Below are positions 13,077-25,790 of a stretch of 64,000 nt of DNA, piece by piece. Below the pieces are notes generated by a model. That model was not told the origin of the DNA, made no database searches, and saw nothing but the letters and a program-made list of their open reading frames with translations. The stretch lies in contig NC_043024.1 of assembly GCF_006345805.1 (NCBI RefSeq), positions 12,462,001 to 12,526,000 on the forward strand. The letters run 5' to 3'. Both the position numbers and the translations under genes were made by a program. Position 1 is the first letter of the stretch; each line of letters begins with the position of its first letter. Origin of the DNA: Octopus sinensis (Eukaryota).

Positions 13077-13350
13077 GTTGCTTCTTCTCTGCATTGAGGA
13101 GCTATAGCTGCAGTTCTATAGACAAGAGATTGAAATATTGCAGGGTAGAACTACAAGAGGGATTCTTCAAGCTGAGCCAACCATTAGAAAACCAAGGGGC
13201 AGATCAAGAACAAGATGGTTGAATAATATTCACAGTCTCAGCTGGTGACCCCTAAGGAATCCAGCAGGAATATCTAATGATGGTTGCTTCTGATAGGACC
13301 CTTTGGAAAAGGTGCCTAAGGAGTCAATCCACATGACCTTCCCATCCAGT
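13077..13350 (+). pseudogene. RTE/RTE-X LINE C-terminal remnant, interrupted by the MITE (RT remnant upstream at about 12700-12850)
   Basis: Translates to ILQAEPTIRKPRGRSRTRWLNNIHSLSW and, after a frameshift, IQQEYLMMVASDRTLWKR. A degenerate GVPQGSV motif lies near 12797. Confidence 0.65.
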
Positions 13351-14174
13351 AATAGGGGGAAGAAAAGACAAATGGATGGAATTAACTGGGAGAAAGCATC
13401 AAAACATTTACTGATTGTGGAGATTCATTCCTACATTTTGCAGAGCAAAATTTATTGATGATGTTCTGTTGACCAGGGCTTGACCAGTTTAAAAGCGTAT
13501 ATCAATAAATTGCTGTCTCTTTTGATCCAAGCCACCTGAGACCACCGCTTGTTGTATAATATAAATCTATTTTTTAAGCAAACTAAAATTAAAACCCACT
13601 TTTATCAAAATTTCGTGTTCCAGACACCAGATAAATAATTCTTCATTTTATTTAAAAAAGCATTTTATTTCAACAAAAATATGCCTCCAAAACCATCAAA
13701 AGTATCAAAGCCACACACACACACAACTCTGTGTATGTAAGTATGAGTAACACACAAACGCAGCCCTATCCATAACACAACTCAACTATTACACTTCCCT
13801 ACATGCTTGTCAGAGTGATTTCCCCACCACCACCACCACCTCCACTACTACTACTAACTTCACATCGGAGGCAATCCTGCCCTATTTCTTACTAATGCTG
13901 ACACCAGTCTATATGTAACTTCAATATTTCACCTACTTTGCATTTCCCCTCCCTCCCCCCACCCCTGCTACCATCCTGTTACTTATATGTGCTTGATATA
14001 CTAAAAGAAAAGCTCACAGTTATTTACCAATATTGGAGTGGCAGTACTGGTGGTGGTCGTGCAGTGGGCGGGGGGGGGGGCATACATGAGAGGAAGGATT
14101 ACTTCAAATATATTATTTTTCATATGCTTAGTGTTGCCTGTGCATGAGTGCATCAATGCCAACATACATACATT

Positions 14175-14233
<59 letters not shown>

Positions 14234-15202
14234 TGAGAAAGAGAGAGATAGAGGCAGAGAGAGAGAGAGATGCGTGTATATGCATGTGTATATATATGTC
14301 TGTATGTATGTATTATATATGTTTATATGTATATGTGTGTGAATATATATATACATACACACACATGTATGTATATCTTGTTTCTAATAAAGCCCATAAT
14401 ATGAAATGTGGTGGGAGTTGGGTTAATAGATGACATAAACCTCAGTACGTCACTGGTATTTTATTTCATTGATGACCCCAGAGGGAGATGAGAGGCCAAG
14501 TTGACCTTGGCAGGATTTGATCTCAAAATTTGAAAGGGACCCAACAAATGCCCTCAGTCATAGAGTCCAGTGCCCCACAGATTCTAGCAGTGATTTTTAG
14601 GCAGAATTAGGCAAGGGAGGATTGGCCAGTATGTTTGTGTATGAAATATAATTTTTTTTTACCAAGAATGGCCTAACATGTATGGATAATCCAAGAATGG
14701 ATTATGGTGTCCATTTAGTCCGTCATGAAGAACATTTCAACAATACATGACTGAGATTCATCATGGGCATGAATGATGATTCTGTCACACACTTTGCCAT
14801 AAAACACGAGGTCCTTGTTCATCTCAGTGGTTAATGATTTCTCACATACACACCCAGTCATCATCATCGTCATCACTGACCACTTTTCCCTGCCTGTATT
14901 GGTCAGATGGGTCTTACTGAGGCAGATATTCTATGGCTGGATGCATTTCCTGTCCCCAACCTTTGCCTATTTCCAGGCAAGGTAATATTTCCACACACAC
15001 ATATTTGCTTTTCCCATTGAACACTGAAAATGAACAACACTGCTTCTATCATGGTGATGCTTGTTTATAACCTCCATGTGATGTCAAGGGAACACACGCA
15101 CACATGCACATACATACATATATATAAAATGTAACTACATGTGGATTGTTGGCGACTTTTTTCCTCTGTCTTCCTTTACTCTTGGACTTTCCTCTGTCTC
15201 CT

Positions 15203-15237
15203 GTTTCTGAAGAAGAGCTTTGCTCGAAATATAAAAC
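15203..15237 (+). ncRNA. Minimal hammerhead ribozyme fold in a Penelope-like fragment
   Basis: gttt-CTGAAGA-a-gagc ttt gctc-GAAA-ta-TA-aaac: canonical core with one extra A after A9 and a loopless stem III. Confidence 0.55.
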
Positions 15238-15338
15238 CACCTTTCTTTCCTTCCCTGAGAGTCTTATTAATGCTTTGCATGTACCACATCCTTGCATTTT
15301 CATTTTTTCTTGTTGCATTTTTTTCTTATTAATTATAC

Positions 15339-15369
<31 letters not shown>

Positions 15370-16627
15370 CATCCACACACAATGGGCTTCCAATTTCCAT
15401 CTATGAAATTTACTCACAAGACTTTGGTCAGCCTGGGGCTGTTGTGCAAGACACTTGACCAAGGTGTCATGCAGTGAAACTGAAACATGGTTGGGAAAAG
15501 ATCCCCAACTATAAAGCCAAACCCGGCAAAATAGTTCCTTTTTCAGGGGTGGAGAGACAGAGATATGGGTGGGTGGTGATTGTAATTGAAATGCTGCAAG
15601 CTGCTCATTATACTCCACCAGTTGCACCATGTGGTTGGTGGGACACCAATTTTAATGTTCTTTGGGGGGGTTGGCTGGGGTGAAACTGGTTTGGGTAAGA
15701 ATCTGGAAGTCGGCCAAAACTGTGACTGAGGGGCTCTTTCCAGGAAGACATTCAGATTGGGAAAACTAGTGGACAATTGTCCAGAAGTCCTTCGTCTGGC
15801 TGCAGGAATGGACAATTAACTTGTTGCAGATAAAGACTAAAAGCCAAGCTATGTTAGAGTCACCAGGCAGTGACCGGAATAATAATATTAACATCGAAAA
15901 ATATATTACGAATGAGAGCCCAAGTTCGAAAATTCCTCAAGACCCCTGAAGAAGGCTGGAGGGTATATCAGGGTATATTAGCTGAGAGTCAAAACTATTG
16001 AAAAGGTTGCAAGATGCAACGAAAATTTTAGGACAATAAAAATAAGAAAAACGTGGAAATTTTACTGGTGAGTGTGTTACATAATAAGGCACAAAAAGAA
16101 AATGACTCTCCCCAGACACAACAGAATATGCTTCAACACACAAACTCATATAAAGAATCTTGCAAACCAAATCGAAAAACGAAAGATGAGGATAGATAGC
16201 AGTCAATTGTAAATAATGTAGATAATTCCTCATCTCTTAAATATAGAACTGTAATACACACACACACACACACACACCATTTGAACAGGTGTCTTTCTTT
16301 TGGCATCAAACATTTTCTCTTTCTACTCAAACCATTTTTCTCAAATTTTCTTTTCTTTCACCTAAAAACCTTGTCTTGTTTTCTCTTTCCTTCTTCGTTT
16401 TACACTTTCTGTTTTTTTCTTTTGCTTTACGTTTCTATCATTTTCCTGCATGAGCTTTCACTCTTCTGATACCATTTCATGCTTTTCATTTCCTCTTTGC
16501 CTCGAATTTTATTCATGTTCTCCTTGTAATGTTTTATCAGCTTGTAACCTTATGCCTACTCAGAATTATTCAGTGATAGTTCTCTAATTGGCCAAAACAA
16601 CAACTATACACACACACACATATATGT

Positions 16628-16658
<31 letters not shown>

Positions 16659-17202
16659 CATATATATATATATATATGCATATATATATATAAATATATA
16701 TATATATCAACTTATGTATGTATGTATGTATGTATGTATATATATAAACTTATGTATATATATATATATAAATTTATGTATGTATATATTTATATACAAA
16801 TGTATATGAATATACGTGTGTGTGTGTGTATGTCAATAACCACCATCAGAAGCTGGACGTTAAAGAAGAGAGAAATAAGAAAAAGACGAATCACTCCTAA
16901 ACAGCATCTTTTTACGCTGAGACGTTTGAGGGAATGTCTAGCACCGATCCATTGTTATTTGATTCCACTTAGCTTTTGGCAAGATCCATTTCAAAACTAT
17001 TGAATACCTGCTTCAGTTTACAATTTTGCATTATCAACACCTTTACATGTTAAACAATACAATCAACATCATCATCATCATCATCTCTCCTAACAATAAC
17101 AGCATCATCATCATCATCATTGCATTGATGATGCTGATGATGATGATGATGACGAGGTTGTTTTTCTTGGTGGCAATCATTAAAAATATTTCACAGATGT
17201 AT

Positions 17203-17362
17203 GGGTGCAGGAGTGGTTGTGTGATAAGTAGCTTGGAACCACATGGTTCCAGGTTCAGTCCCATTGTGTGGTACCTTGGGCAAGAGTCTTCTACTATAGC
17301 CTCAGGCCAACCAAAGCATTGTGAGTGGATTCAGTAGACAGAAACAGAAAGAAGCCCACCGT

Positions 17363-17412
<50 letters not shown>

Positions 17413-17595
17413 ATGTATATATGTTTGTGTGTGTGTGTGAGTGTTTGTTCCCCATCTCCGTAACTTAGTGGTTCGGCAAAGGAGATCAATAGAATAAGTA
17501 CTAGGCTTACAAAGAATAAGTCCTGTGGTTGATTTGCTTGACTAAAGGCGGTGCTCCAGCATGGCTGCAGTCAAATGACTGAAACAAGTAAAAGA
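17203..17595 (+). mobile_element. tRNA-derived CORE-like SINE, family 1
   Basis: tRNA-like head, ccttgggcaag core, internal (TA)n(TG)n, and conserved tail ggcggtgctccagcatggc...gactgaaacaagtaaaag. Confidence 0.85.
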
Positions 17596-17810
17596 ATAAT
17601 AGAATGTATGTGAATTGTGTGGATGTCGCTGGTTAAGATAATGAAGGTCACTCTCTGGTGTTGTTGTTGTTGTTGTTGTTGAGTTGGTCTGCAGAAGGGT
17701 TTCATACGAGAAGTCATTCTGTTCTGTTAATTCTGTCTGTGAAGTGACATATGATACATACATGTGAGTGTGTGTCTGTATGTATATACATATATAATAA
17801 ATAATATATA

Positions 17811-18215
17811 TAGGCGCAGGAGTGGCTGTTTGGTAAGTAGCTTGCTAACCAACCACATGGTTCCGGGTTCAGTCCCACTGCGTGGCATCTTGGGCACGTG
17901 TCTTCTGCTATAGCCCCGGGCCGACCAATGCCTTGTGAGTGGATTTGGTAGACGGAAACTGAAAGAAGCCTGTCGTATATATGTATATATATATAAGTGT
18001 GTGTGAATATGTTTGTGTGTCTGTGTTTGTTTCCCTAGCATTGCTTGACAACCGATGCTGGTGTGTTTACGTCCCCGTAACTTAGCGGTTCGGCAAAAGA
18101 GACCGATAGAATAAGTACTGGGCTTACAAAGAATAAGTCCCGGGGTCGATTTGCTCGACTAAAGGCGGTGCTCCAGCATGGCCGCAGTGAAATGACTGAA
18201 ACAAGTAAAAAAGAG
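17811..18215 (+). mobile_element. tRNA-derived CORE-like SINE, family 1, full length and CpG-rich (young)
   Basis: taggcgcaggagtggctg...ccgggttcagtccc...cttgggca...gaaactgaaagaagcc...tail. The family has more than 15 full or partial copies in the window. Confidence 0.9.
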
Positions 18216-19161
18216 TATATATATATATATATACATAAATTTGAATATGGGTACAGGATGTTACCAATGGCGCAAATAACATGAAATACGTAAACAAACA
18301 AGTTAAATACGTAAAGAACAAGAAAAAAAATTGGAAAAGCAAGACAAGTAAATAGAGAGAAATCATGCGTGAAACGAGCTGGCAGACAGCCGACACCTGA
18401 GGAAGTGGCCTTTCTCTGTGTTTACCTGTTCTGTTCTCCATATTTTTCTCATTGTTGATGTATTTAACTTGTTTGTTAAGGCATTTCATATACACTTATA
18501 TACATATATATATATATATACATAAACTGATATACACTTGCCTATGTGTCTATCTGATTATCTACTTGCATATATACCACCGTTCTTATTTATATATTTA
18601 CACCTCTTATGACCTCTCTATATCAATCCATCCACTGATATCTGTCTATCTTTCCACCTGTCTATCCATTGATGATCTATCTATCTATCTATTGATCTCT
18701 GTCTATCATCATCATCATCAGCAACATTTTAATGTCCAACTTTCCATGCTTGGATGGGTCAGACAGAGTTTATTGAGGCAGATCTTCTATGTCTTGGTGC
18801 TCTCCCTGTGGCCAACCCTCACCTGTTTCCAAGGGAAGTAGCATTTTCTTCTAATTGTCTTCATGTTTTAACTGAAGACCGGAAAATGAAAGAACCCACA
18901 TTTTAAAACTCCCATGCAATGCCTAGATACCAATGCACATACTCACAAACAAGGGCTTCACACAGTTTCCATCTACCAAATCCCACTCCTAAGATTTTGG
19001 TTGGCTCATTTCTGTAGTAAAAGACATGTACGCTAGGACTGAACCTGGAACCATGACGTTAGGAAACAAGATTCTTTACCCCACAACCACACCAGTGTCT
19101 ATGTATATAAACGTGTGTGTGTGTGGGTATCATCTAATCGTCTACATCTGCATGTATATAC

Positions 19162-19224
19162 GTATTGGTGTATCTACAGAAAGTCTGTCTCTGCACCAAA
19201 GTCTTCATGTACCGCCCACCTGAG
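19162..19224 (-). CDS. Candidate 63-nt exon (SGGRYMKTLVQRQTFCRYTN, phase 2)
   Basis: Acceptor ttctgttcattaacag| and moderate donor AC|GTATAT; only phase 2 is open. Confidence 0.25.
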
Positions 19225-20433
19225 CTGTTAATGAACAGAATGGCTTAAACTTGGAAAATGTACACACGTATGTACATACATATATATATACGTGTGTGTG
19301 TGTGTGTGTGTGTCTATACATACATATGTATATTTGAGTGTATGTTTGTTTGTGTGTGTGTGTGTATATATATAAATAATAGGAGTTTATGTATATATAT
19401 TATGTATATTCATCATGATAAATGTTTCAAAAGAACATGAAAATACTCATGTAAATATAAAAATAAAAAAACGAACAGCAAAAATCCAGCTACGTCAGAT
19501 ATGTATATATATACATACATACATACACACAAATATATAAGTGAAGTGAGAGAAAGAAAGAGAGTGAGTAAGTGAGAGAGAATAGAATAAAAAGCAAAAT
19601 ATTTTGAAGCAAACAGAAATAACAGAATGGAAGAAAAATGAGGTTTGGAATAAACGGTCAATATTCTGTTAGTTGAAGTAAGGAAATATATATCTTCTTT
19701 GGTTGGAATAGCAATTATGGGAATATCAAGGAGAAGAATTGAGAAGCCAAGAGGCCTTCTGAGGATTCTAGAAGTAGGTTTTCATTTGAACAAGAGAAGT
19801 TCTCATTTCTTCACAAACTAAATTCCTTATAAACCCTGTCTCTCCCTGAATCTCCTTGCCCCCCCTCTCCTTATTTCTATCTCTGTTCTCCCTTCCCCCT
19901 TTCTCTCCCTCTCTCTGAGCTCCTTCACTATAAGTCTAAATCTTCAGTATTTCATCTGGATGCACATAATATGTAGAATAAGGAACCGGTTTGATGGATT
20001 GACTGTCGGTTTGGAGAGCGAAAACATCAAGACAAGAGAAGAGAGAATAGGAGAGGATTAATGGGAAAATGCCACGGACGGCCAAGGAAAGATACATGTA
20101 GACATAGACAAACAAATCTATCTATCTACACACATATACATACATAAATGCATACACACACACACATATATAAGTACAAGCATGGCTTGTTTTCCAAGCC
20201 ATGTGGCTTTGGATTCAGTCCTATTGTGTGGCTCTGGGTAAATATCCACTACTACAGTCCCAGGCTGACCAATGCCTTGTGAGTGAATTTTACTGATGGA
20301 AAGTGAAAGAAGCCTGTTGTATATATTTGTATAATTGTGTGTGTGTGTTTGCTTATATTGAGAGCACTTAAAAATATGATCTTCTATGTTTATTTTCTGT
20401 AACTAAGCTGATCAACAAAGAGATAAAACTGAG

Positions 20434-20662
20434 TTAACCCTTTAGCATTTAAACCGGCCATATCCGGCCAAAAGTATTCTGCCTGTTTTATGTTCAAACT
20501 GGCCAGATCTGGTCTCTCAGACCAACCCTACAATATCGTTTTAAAAATTAACAGCTACCTCATCAAAATCTCATAGCTACAAGATAATGCATGATTAATT
20601 CAAAACAATGTGGATAAAAAAGGATTAATTTTGGCAGAATAATGCAAACACTAAAGGGTTAA
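20434..20662. mobile_element. piggyBac-type MITE (second copy)
   Basis: TTAACCCTTTAG...CTAAAGGGTTAA, highly similar to 12875-13076. Confidence 0.85.
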
Positions 20663-20754
20663 GCACCTAAAATACAGTTTATGTAATTGACTAAAACCTA
20701 TCAATGGTGGCTGAAATAAACATGAATCTTTCTCTCTCTCTCTGTAATATATAT

Positions 20755-20785
<31 letters not shown>

Positions 20786-20817
20786 ATGTATATATATATA
20801 TATATATATATATGTAG

Positions 20818-20852
<35 letters not shown>

Positions 20853-22053
20853 ATATTATATCTGCATGTAAGTAATGAACTAGAAAGTGAGGAATCAATA
20901 CAACATTGGTGGACAAGAATTTCTTTTAATAGCTGAGCATTGTTAAGTATGATACCAATAGTTCATGCAAAGAACCTACAGTTATTCAACAGTAGTTGAA
21001 ATAACATTAGATGTTCAGCTATATTTGTGAGGCACACAGCAAAAACCAAAAAAGGCTAAACAGCCATTATTATTAAAAATGTAATTCAATTGGTAATTTT
21101 TTTTTTTTGTATGAAAATATCATACTAACAACACTAAACTATTAAAAGTAGAACTAACTCTGAACTGATGAGGTTGGAAAGCAAACTCCTTCCCTCACGA
21201 CCATTCCTGTCTCTTTAGGAATAAAATTTACAATTTAAGATTTAACTACTTAACTGGTTTCTCCATTCATCCTTTATTATATTCATACCCCTAAAGGCAG
21301 GAATACATCTATGGCTATTGACCCTAACCAACTGGAACTTCATCTATTCAACAGACACAAATATTCCCTGCTTGACCCCTTGCCCCAACCCTAAACTTGC
21401 TGGCATCTTATCTACAATTCTCTTTATTTCTTTTCCTATTTTCTTTGTTCTTTTTCATTTTTTTTTATTTTCATCCTCCATTATATTCCTCTTCTCTTCT
21501 TTTATCTGTCCCCTAATTTTTACAATTTATTCTTATTGCTACTTTTTATATTTTTTATTTTTATTTTATTATTATATTTTAATTCTATTTTTTTTACTCT
21601 ATATTTTTATATTTCTTTATTTTTAATTCTTCTAACTAATCCCTCCTCTCTCTACCCCCATAAGCTACCCAAATTCTTTTTCTCTCTCTCCTCATTAACC
21701 TCTCTTTCCCTTTATTTCTCTTTTTCCTTCTCCCCCAAACCAACCATTTCGATATGAACACACCATTCCCATTTCTGCCGAAACATTGCTCTGAACACAC
21801 TACTCATACTTTGCCGTAATACTTCCTGGATTTACCTTGGATTATACCTAAGCACATTCGGACTAATATTAATACTCTTTGAAAAATGAATGGTGGAATT
21901 TATTTCCATATTCTCTGCTCTTCTATTTCATTGCTTATTATCTGCGAATTTTTCATGTCCAGATCTTTTATCTGAATAATTCCATGTCTACATCTTTCAT
22001 ATGTTCTCTACTTGTCTCTGATGACGAAATACCCCATATTCAGGCATACTTAC

Positions 22054-22080
22054 CTATCACGTGCGATACCCCAGAAACAG
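22054..22080 (-). other. Candidate exon end (3' part of a first exon, or a 27-nt micro-exon)
   Basis: Consensus donor TAG|GTAAGT at 22053, in unique CpG-retaining sequence about 230 nt from the X-box. Confidence 0.35.
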
Positions 22081-22275
22081 CTGTAAGGATCTCAACTAAT
22101 TTAAAAATAATATAAAATAATGTGATCTAGTCTTTCTCATTCACAAAATGAGCCCCTTTAATTTTGCTCAGATTGCAATTATGAAATTTTTAATTATGAT
22201 CAACCAATTACTTTATCTTGTAAATTAAAGAATCAGATGTTATTTGGAATTGTAGTTGGGTAATTTGGGTAATTT

Positions 22276-22324
22276 TAGCCAATCAACAGACAGCGTGGCA
22301 TAAGCAGCTTGTTACCATGACAAC
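22276..22324. promoter_or_regulatory. Candidate promoter: NF-Y CCAAT box (TAGCCAATCA) plus RFX X-box (GTTACCATGACAAC)
   Basis: Both motifs are directly visible at 22276-22285 and 22311-22324, in non-repetitive sequence with local CpG retention. Confidence 0.55.
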
Positions 22325-22546
22325 AGGACGCTGTGTTGTGATTCGCTTCACTGTTGTCTGTTGATTTTACACAATTGATTCTTCACACCACAAGATTCTT
22401 TTCACCTGCGTGTTTTGTTTTAATTTTTCTGTGTGTTAGTATATTACATATTTTTCTGTGCTTCTGTCTGTTAGTATTTTTCTGTGCTAGTATTTTTACA
22501 TATTATTCATTTCATGTTATTCTTATCATAGTTAATAAATCCAAGC

Positions 22547-22608
22547 ATGAAAACGTTACTCAACTTTGGAGTTTTGGAGACAGATGCCTCCTTCACACAC
22601 AAACAAAC
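22547..22608 (+). CDS. Candidate first coding segment MKTLLNFGVLETDASFTHKQ(T)
   Basis: Pyrimidine-rich acceptor ttcttatcatag| at 22531, ATG with A at -3, and moderate donor AC|GTATAA. Confidence 0.2.
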
Positions 22609-23381
22609 GTATAAAAGTACATTTAAACTTACATATGACTACACACATCCACATGCACTTATATATTAATGATGTACACAAATACCTGACAGGTAAACAC
22701 AATACTGAAATACACATAAAACATCATCATCATCATCGTCATTGAAACCATTTAACAAAACTATTCGCACCAAAAGCACATAAAGTGTGTTTAAAAAGCA
22801 ACTACCAACTAACATAGGTCTTAAAACTGACAGTAAGGAGCAGGCTGGTTCGCTGGTGTGATTGGTAACACAGTTGCATTAACAAAGGGATGTGGGTTCA
22901 AGTCCTATGTGTATGGGGAAGCCTATTTTTTTCTGTTGAGGGCTTTTATGCCCCTTTATTAGACTATTTTCCTTAGTCATTGCACAGTGATCGCCACAAG
23001 CTTTGAGCTTATAAAAAAAATCCCATTATTATTACTTAAAGAATTGTAAAACTTGATACCATTTAAAAAAACCCCAAGAAGTCTGTTGCATACACACACA
23101 CCACACACACACACACACAGATGTGCGTGTGTGTGTGCATGCATGCGCTTGTGTGTGTGTCTTTGTCCCCTCCCATCACTTGACAACCAATGTTGGTGTG
23201 CTTACAGTCCAGTAACTTAATGGCTTGGGAAAAGAGACCAATAGAATAAGAACTAGGCTTATAATGAATAAGTCCTGGGGTCGATTTGTTTGACTAAAGG
23301 CGGTGCTCCAGCATAGCCACAGTCAAATGACTGAAACAAGTAAAAAAATGAAAGAATATATATATATATATATATGCATAT

Positions 23382-23429
<48 letters not shown>

Positions 23430-23454
23430 GTGTATGTATATATGCATGAATATA

Positions 23455-23507
<53 letters not shown>

Positions 23508-23860
23508 AAACACATATATATACACACATGATGGGCTTCTTTCAGTTTCTGTCTACCAAATTCATCAGAAGGCTTTGTATATATATATATTGAAAAGAGA
23601 AGTTCTAATAAGTTTATAACAAAGTTTATATTAAAACAAATGACTTGATGAATATTTAATTGAAGAAAAAAAGTGTGTGGGGGGGGGGTGCATAGGGGAG
23701 GAGGGCTGTGTGGAGCGGGGTGGAAGAGAACAATCTAAACAGGAAACTGAAGCAGATTAAATGAAAACCTTTGAATTTCCAATAAAACTTGTCAAGATAA
23801 AAAAATCCTGTTTCTTTCTGATATAGACATACACATACAGACAACACACATTACTTATAT

Positions 23861-23902
<42 letters not shown>

Positions 23903-24342
23903 GCCTACACAGATATATGTGTGAGTATTTCTTTATTGTTTTTTCTCATTGTTCTTTGCCTGTTGGCATTGGTTGGATGAAAATTACTGAAGCAGTTGTT
24001 CCAAGGCCGGATGACCTGCCTGTCATCCTGTTTTTTCAAGAAAGATAATCTTATCTCACTAATCTTCCAATGTCAAAGAATGTTGTCCAAGGTTCTCTAT
24101 ATATGGAAGAAAAAGATGGCCAAGCTCTTATGAAATTTTTCAAATTCAATTTGATAGGGAATGGCGAGGGTGGAGAAGGAAGTGTTTTCTTTTGTGTAAA
24201 AATGAATGACAATGGCAAAAATGCTAAGAATGTGTGACTCTTGTCCCATGGCACTTCCATCTTGGCTGAATGATTTCAACTCTGCTGTCCCTGGCAACAC
24301 TCTTTCTTTTTGACCCAACAGAAAATTCTGCACAAGGGATCA

Positions 24343-25007
24343 AAAACCAGTCTTTTAGGTATGTCCCTTCACATTTCCAACACATGGCCAAAATTCCCTG
24401 CCCCTAAATTCCATCAGGTGATTCACTCACAGCTGGGCTGCACATGTTTAGGCAAAACTCATACCTTACTGCGCTAAAAAGTGCCACCCATTCTTACAAA
24501 CGAGATGGCTTTTACCCAGAATGCGAATGCTACATGACCATGACCTAAACTGCTTTCCAACAACATGGTTCCTGGTTCAGTCACACTGTGTGACACCTTG
24601 GGCAAATGTCTTGAGTCAACCAAAACCCTGTGAGTGGATTTGATAAACAGAAACTGAAAGAAGCCTATCATATATCAGAGGTGCAGGAGTGGCTGTGTGG
24701 TAAGTAGCTTGCTAACCAACCACATGGTTCCGGGTTCAGTCCCACTGCGTGGCATCTTGGGCAAGTCTCTTCTGCTATAGCCCCGGGCCGACCAATGCCT
24801 TGTGAGTGGATTTGGTAGATGGAAACTGAAAGAAGCCCGTCATATATATGTTTGTAAGAATGGGTGGCACTTTTTAATGTTGTAAGGTATGAGTTTTGCC
24901 TAAACATGTGCAGCCCAGCTATGAGTGAATCATCTGATAAATTTAGGGGCAGGGAATTTTAGTTGTGTGTTGGAGATGTGAAGGGACATACCTAAAAGAC
25001 TGGTTTT
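24343..25007. repeat. ~158-bp inverted repeat (24343-24501 and 24850-25007) enclosing two tandem SINE heads
   Basis: The arms are reverse complements with scattered mismatches (aaaaccagtcttttaggtatgtccc ... gggacatacctaaaagactggtttt). Confidence 0.9.
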
Positions 25008-25324
25008 ATTGGCTAAACTGGCAATATGACCATTCCGAAATATAACAATATCTGTTTCAACACACGACTTCACATAAAAAATCTTGCACAACAAATATTT
25101 AAACATGCATATATATATATATATATTCTATATAACTTTATTTAAAGCAGCAGAAAATTCAACAAAACCTGTTTTGTTTAAATTTTCTGCTGCTTTAAAT
25201 AAAGCATATTACTCTACCACTGGTATTTGAGTACTCTTTTTTCCACATTGTTTCACATTTATGTGTTTACTCCGGTATATATATATATAGAGTAAAAAAA
25301 GTTAAACAGAAGAGTAAGTACAGT

Positions 25325-25570
25325 TAGACAGCTTTTTAATCACTACAAATGTTTCGATACAAACAGATCCACGTTTATACAGGATGTTGTAGCATGGAAA
25401 TCTAGATTTACTTACAGAGACAGCAATTAATATTGCCTGAGGAGAGACATATAGATCTCCTTATACAGGTAAATCGCTACGTAATTTCATTTAAATTTAA
25501 ACTTTAAATCCTGTATATACGAGGATCTGTAGGTATTGAAACATTTGTAGCGATTAAAAAGCTGCCTAAA
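25325..25570. repeat. Palindromic Penelope-like repeat with ~60-bp inverted arms
   Basis: cagctttttaatcactacaaatgtttc...acaggat pairs with atcctgt...gaaacatttgtagcgattaaaaagctg. Confidence 0.65.
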
Positions 25571-25756
25571 CGTACTGACTCTTCCTTTTGACTCTTTTAC
25601 TTTTTACTTTTTATTTTCACACACGAGAAATACCCAAGACTAGAACTGGTAGCACACCATAAGAATACTACTGGCTATTTGGGAATTTTAAAGGGGAATG
25701 TTTGTACTCCAATACGTTCTTAACAGAATACACCATCAACTATATCTATCTCTCTT

Positions 25757-25790
<34 letters not shown>

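Noticed and set aside
17811-17885. tRNA genes
   Set aside because: All A/B-box segments seen are SINE heads continuing into SINE bodies; no complete cloverleaf with a terminator was found.
22081-22140. Signal-peptide-like reading MRKTRSHYF(Y)IIFKLVEILTAVSG
   Set aside because: As given, the ATG frame hits TAG. The reading needs a one-base insertion in a T-run, so it is unsupported unless raw reads show a homopolymer error.
25413-25433. 21-nt minus-strand micro-exon with strong splice sites (AILIAVS)
   Set aside because: It lies inside a Penelope-like repeat and is closed in the phase used by the neighbouring candidate exons.
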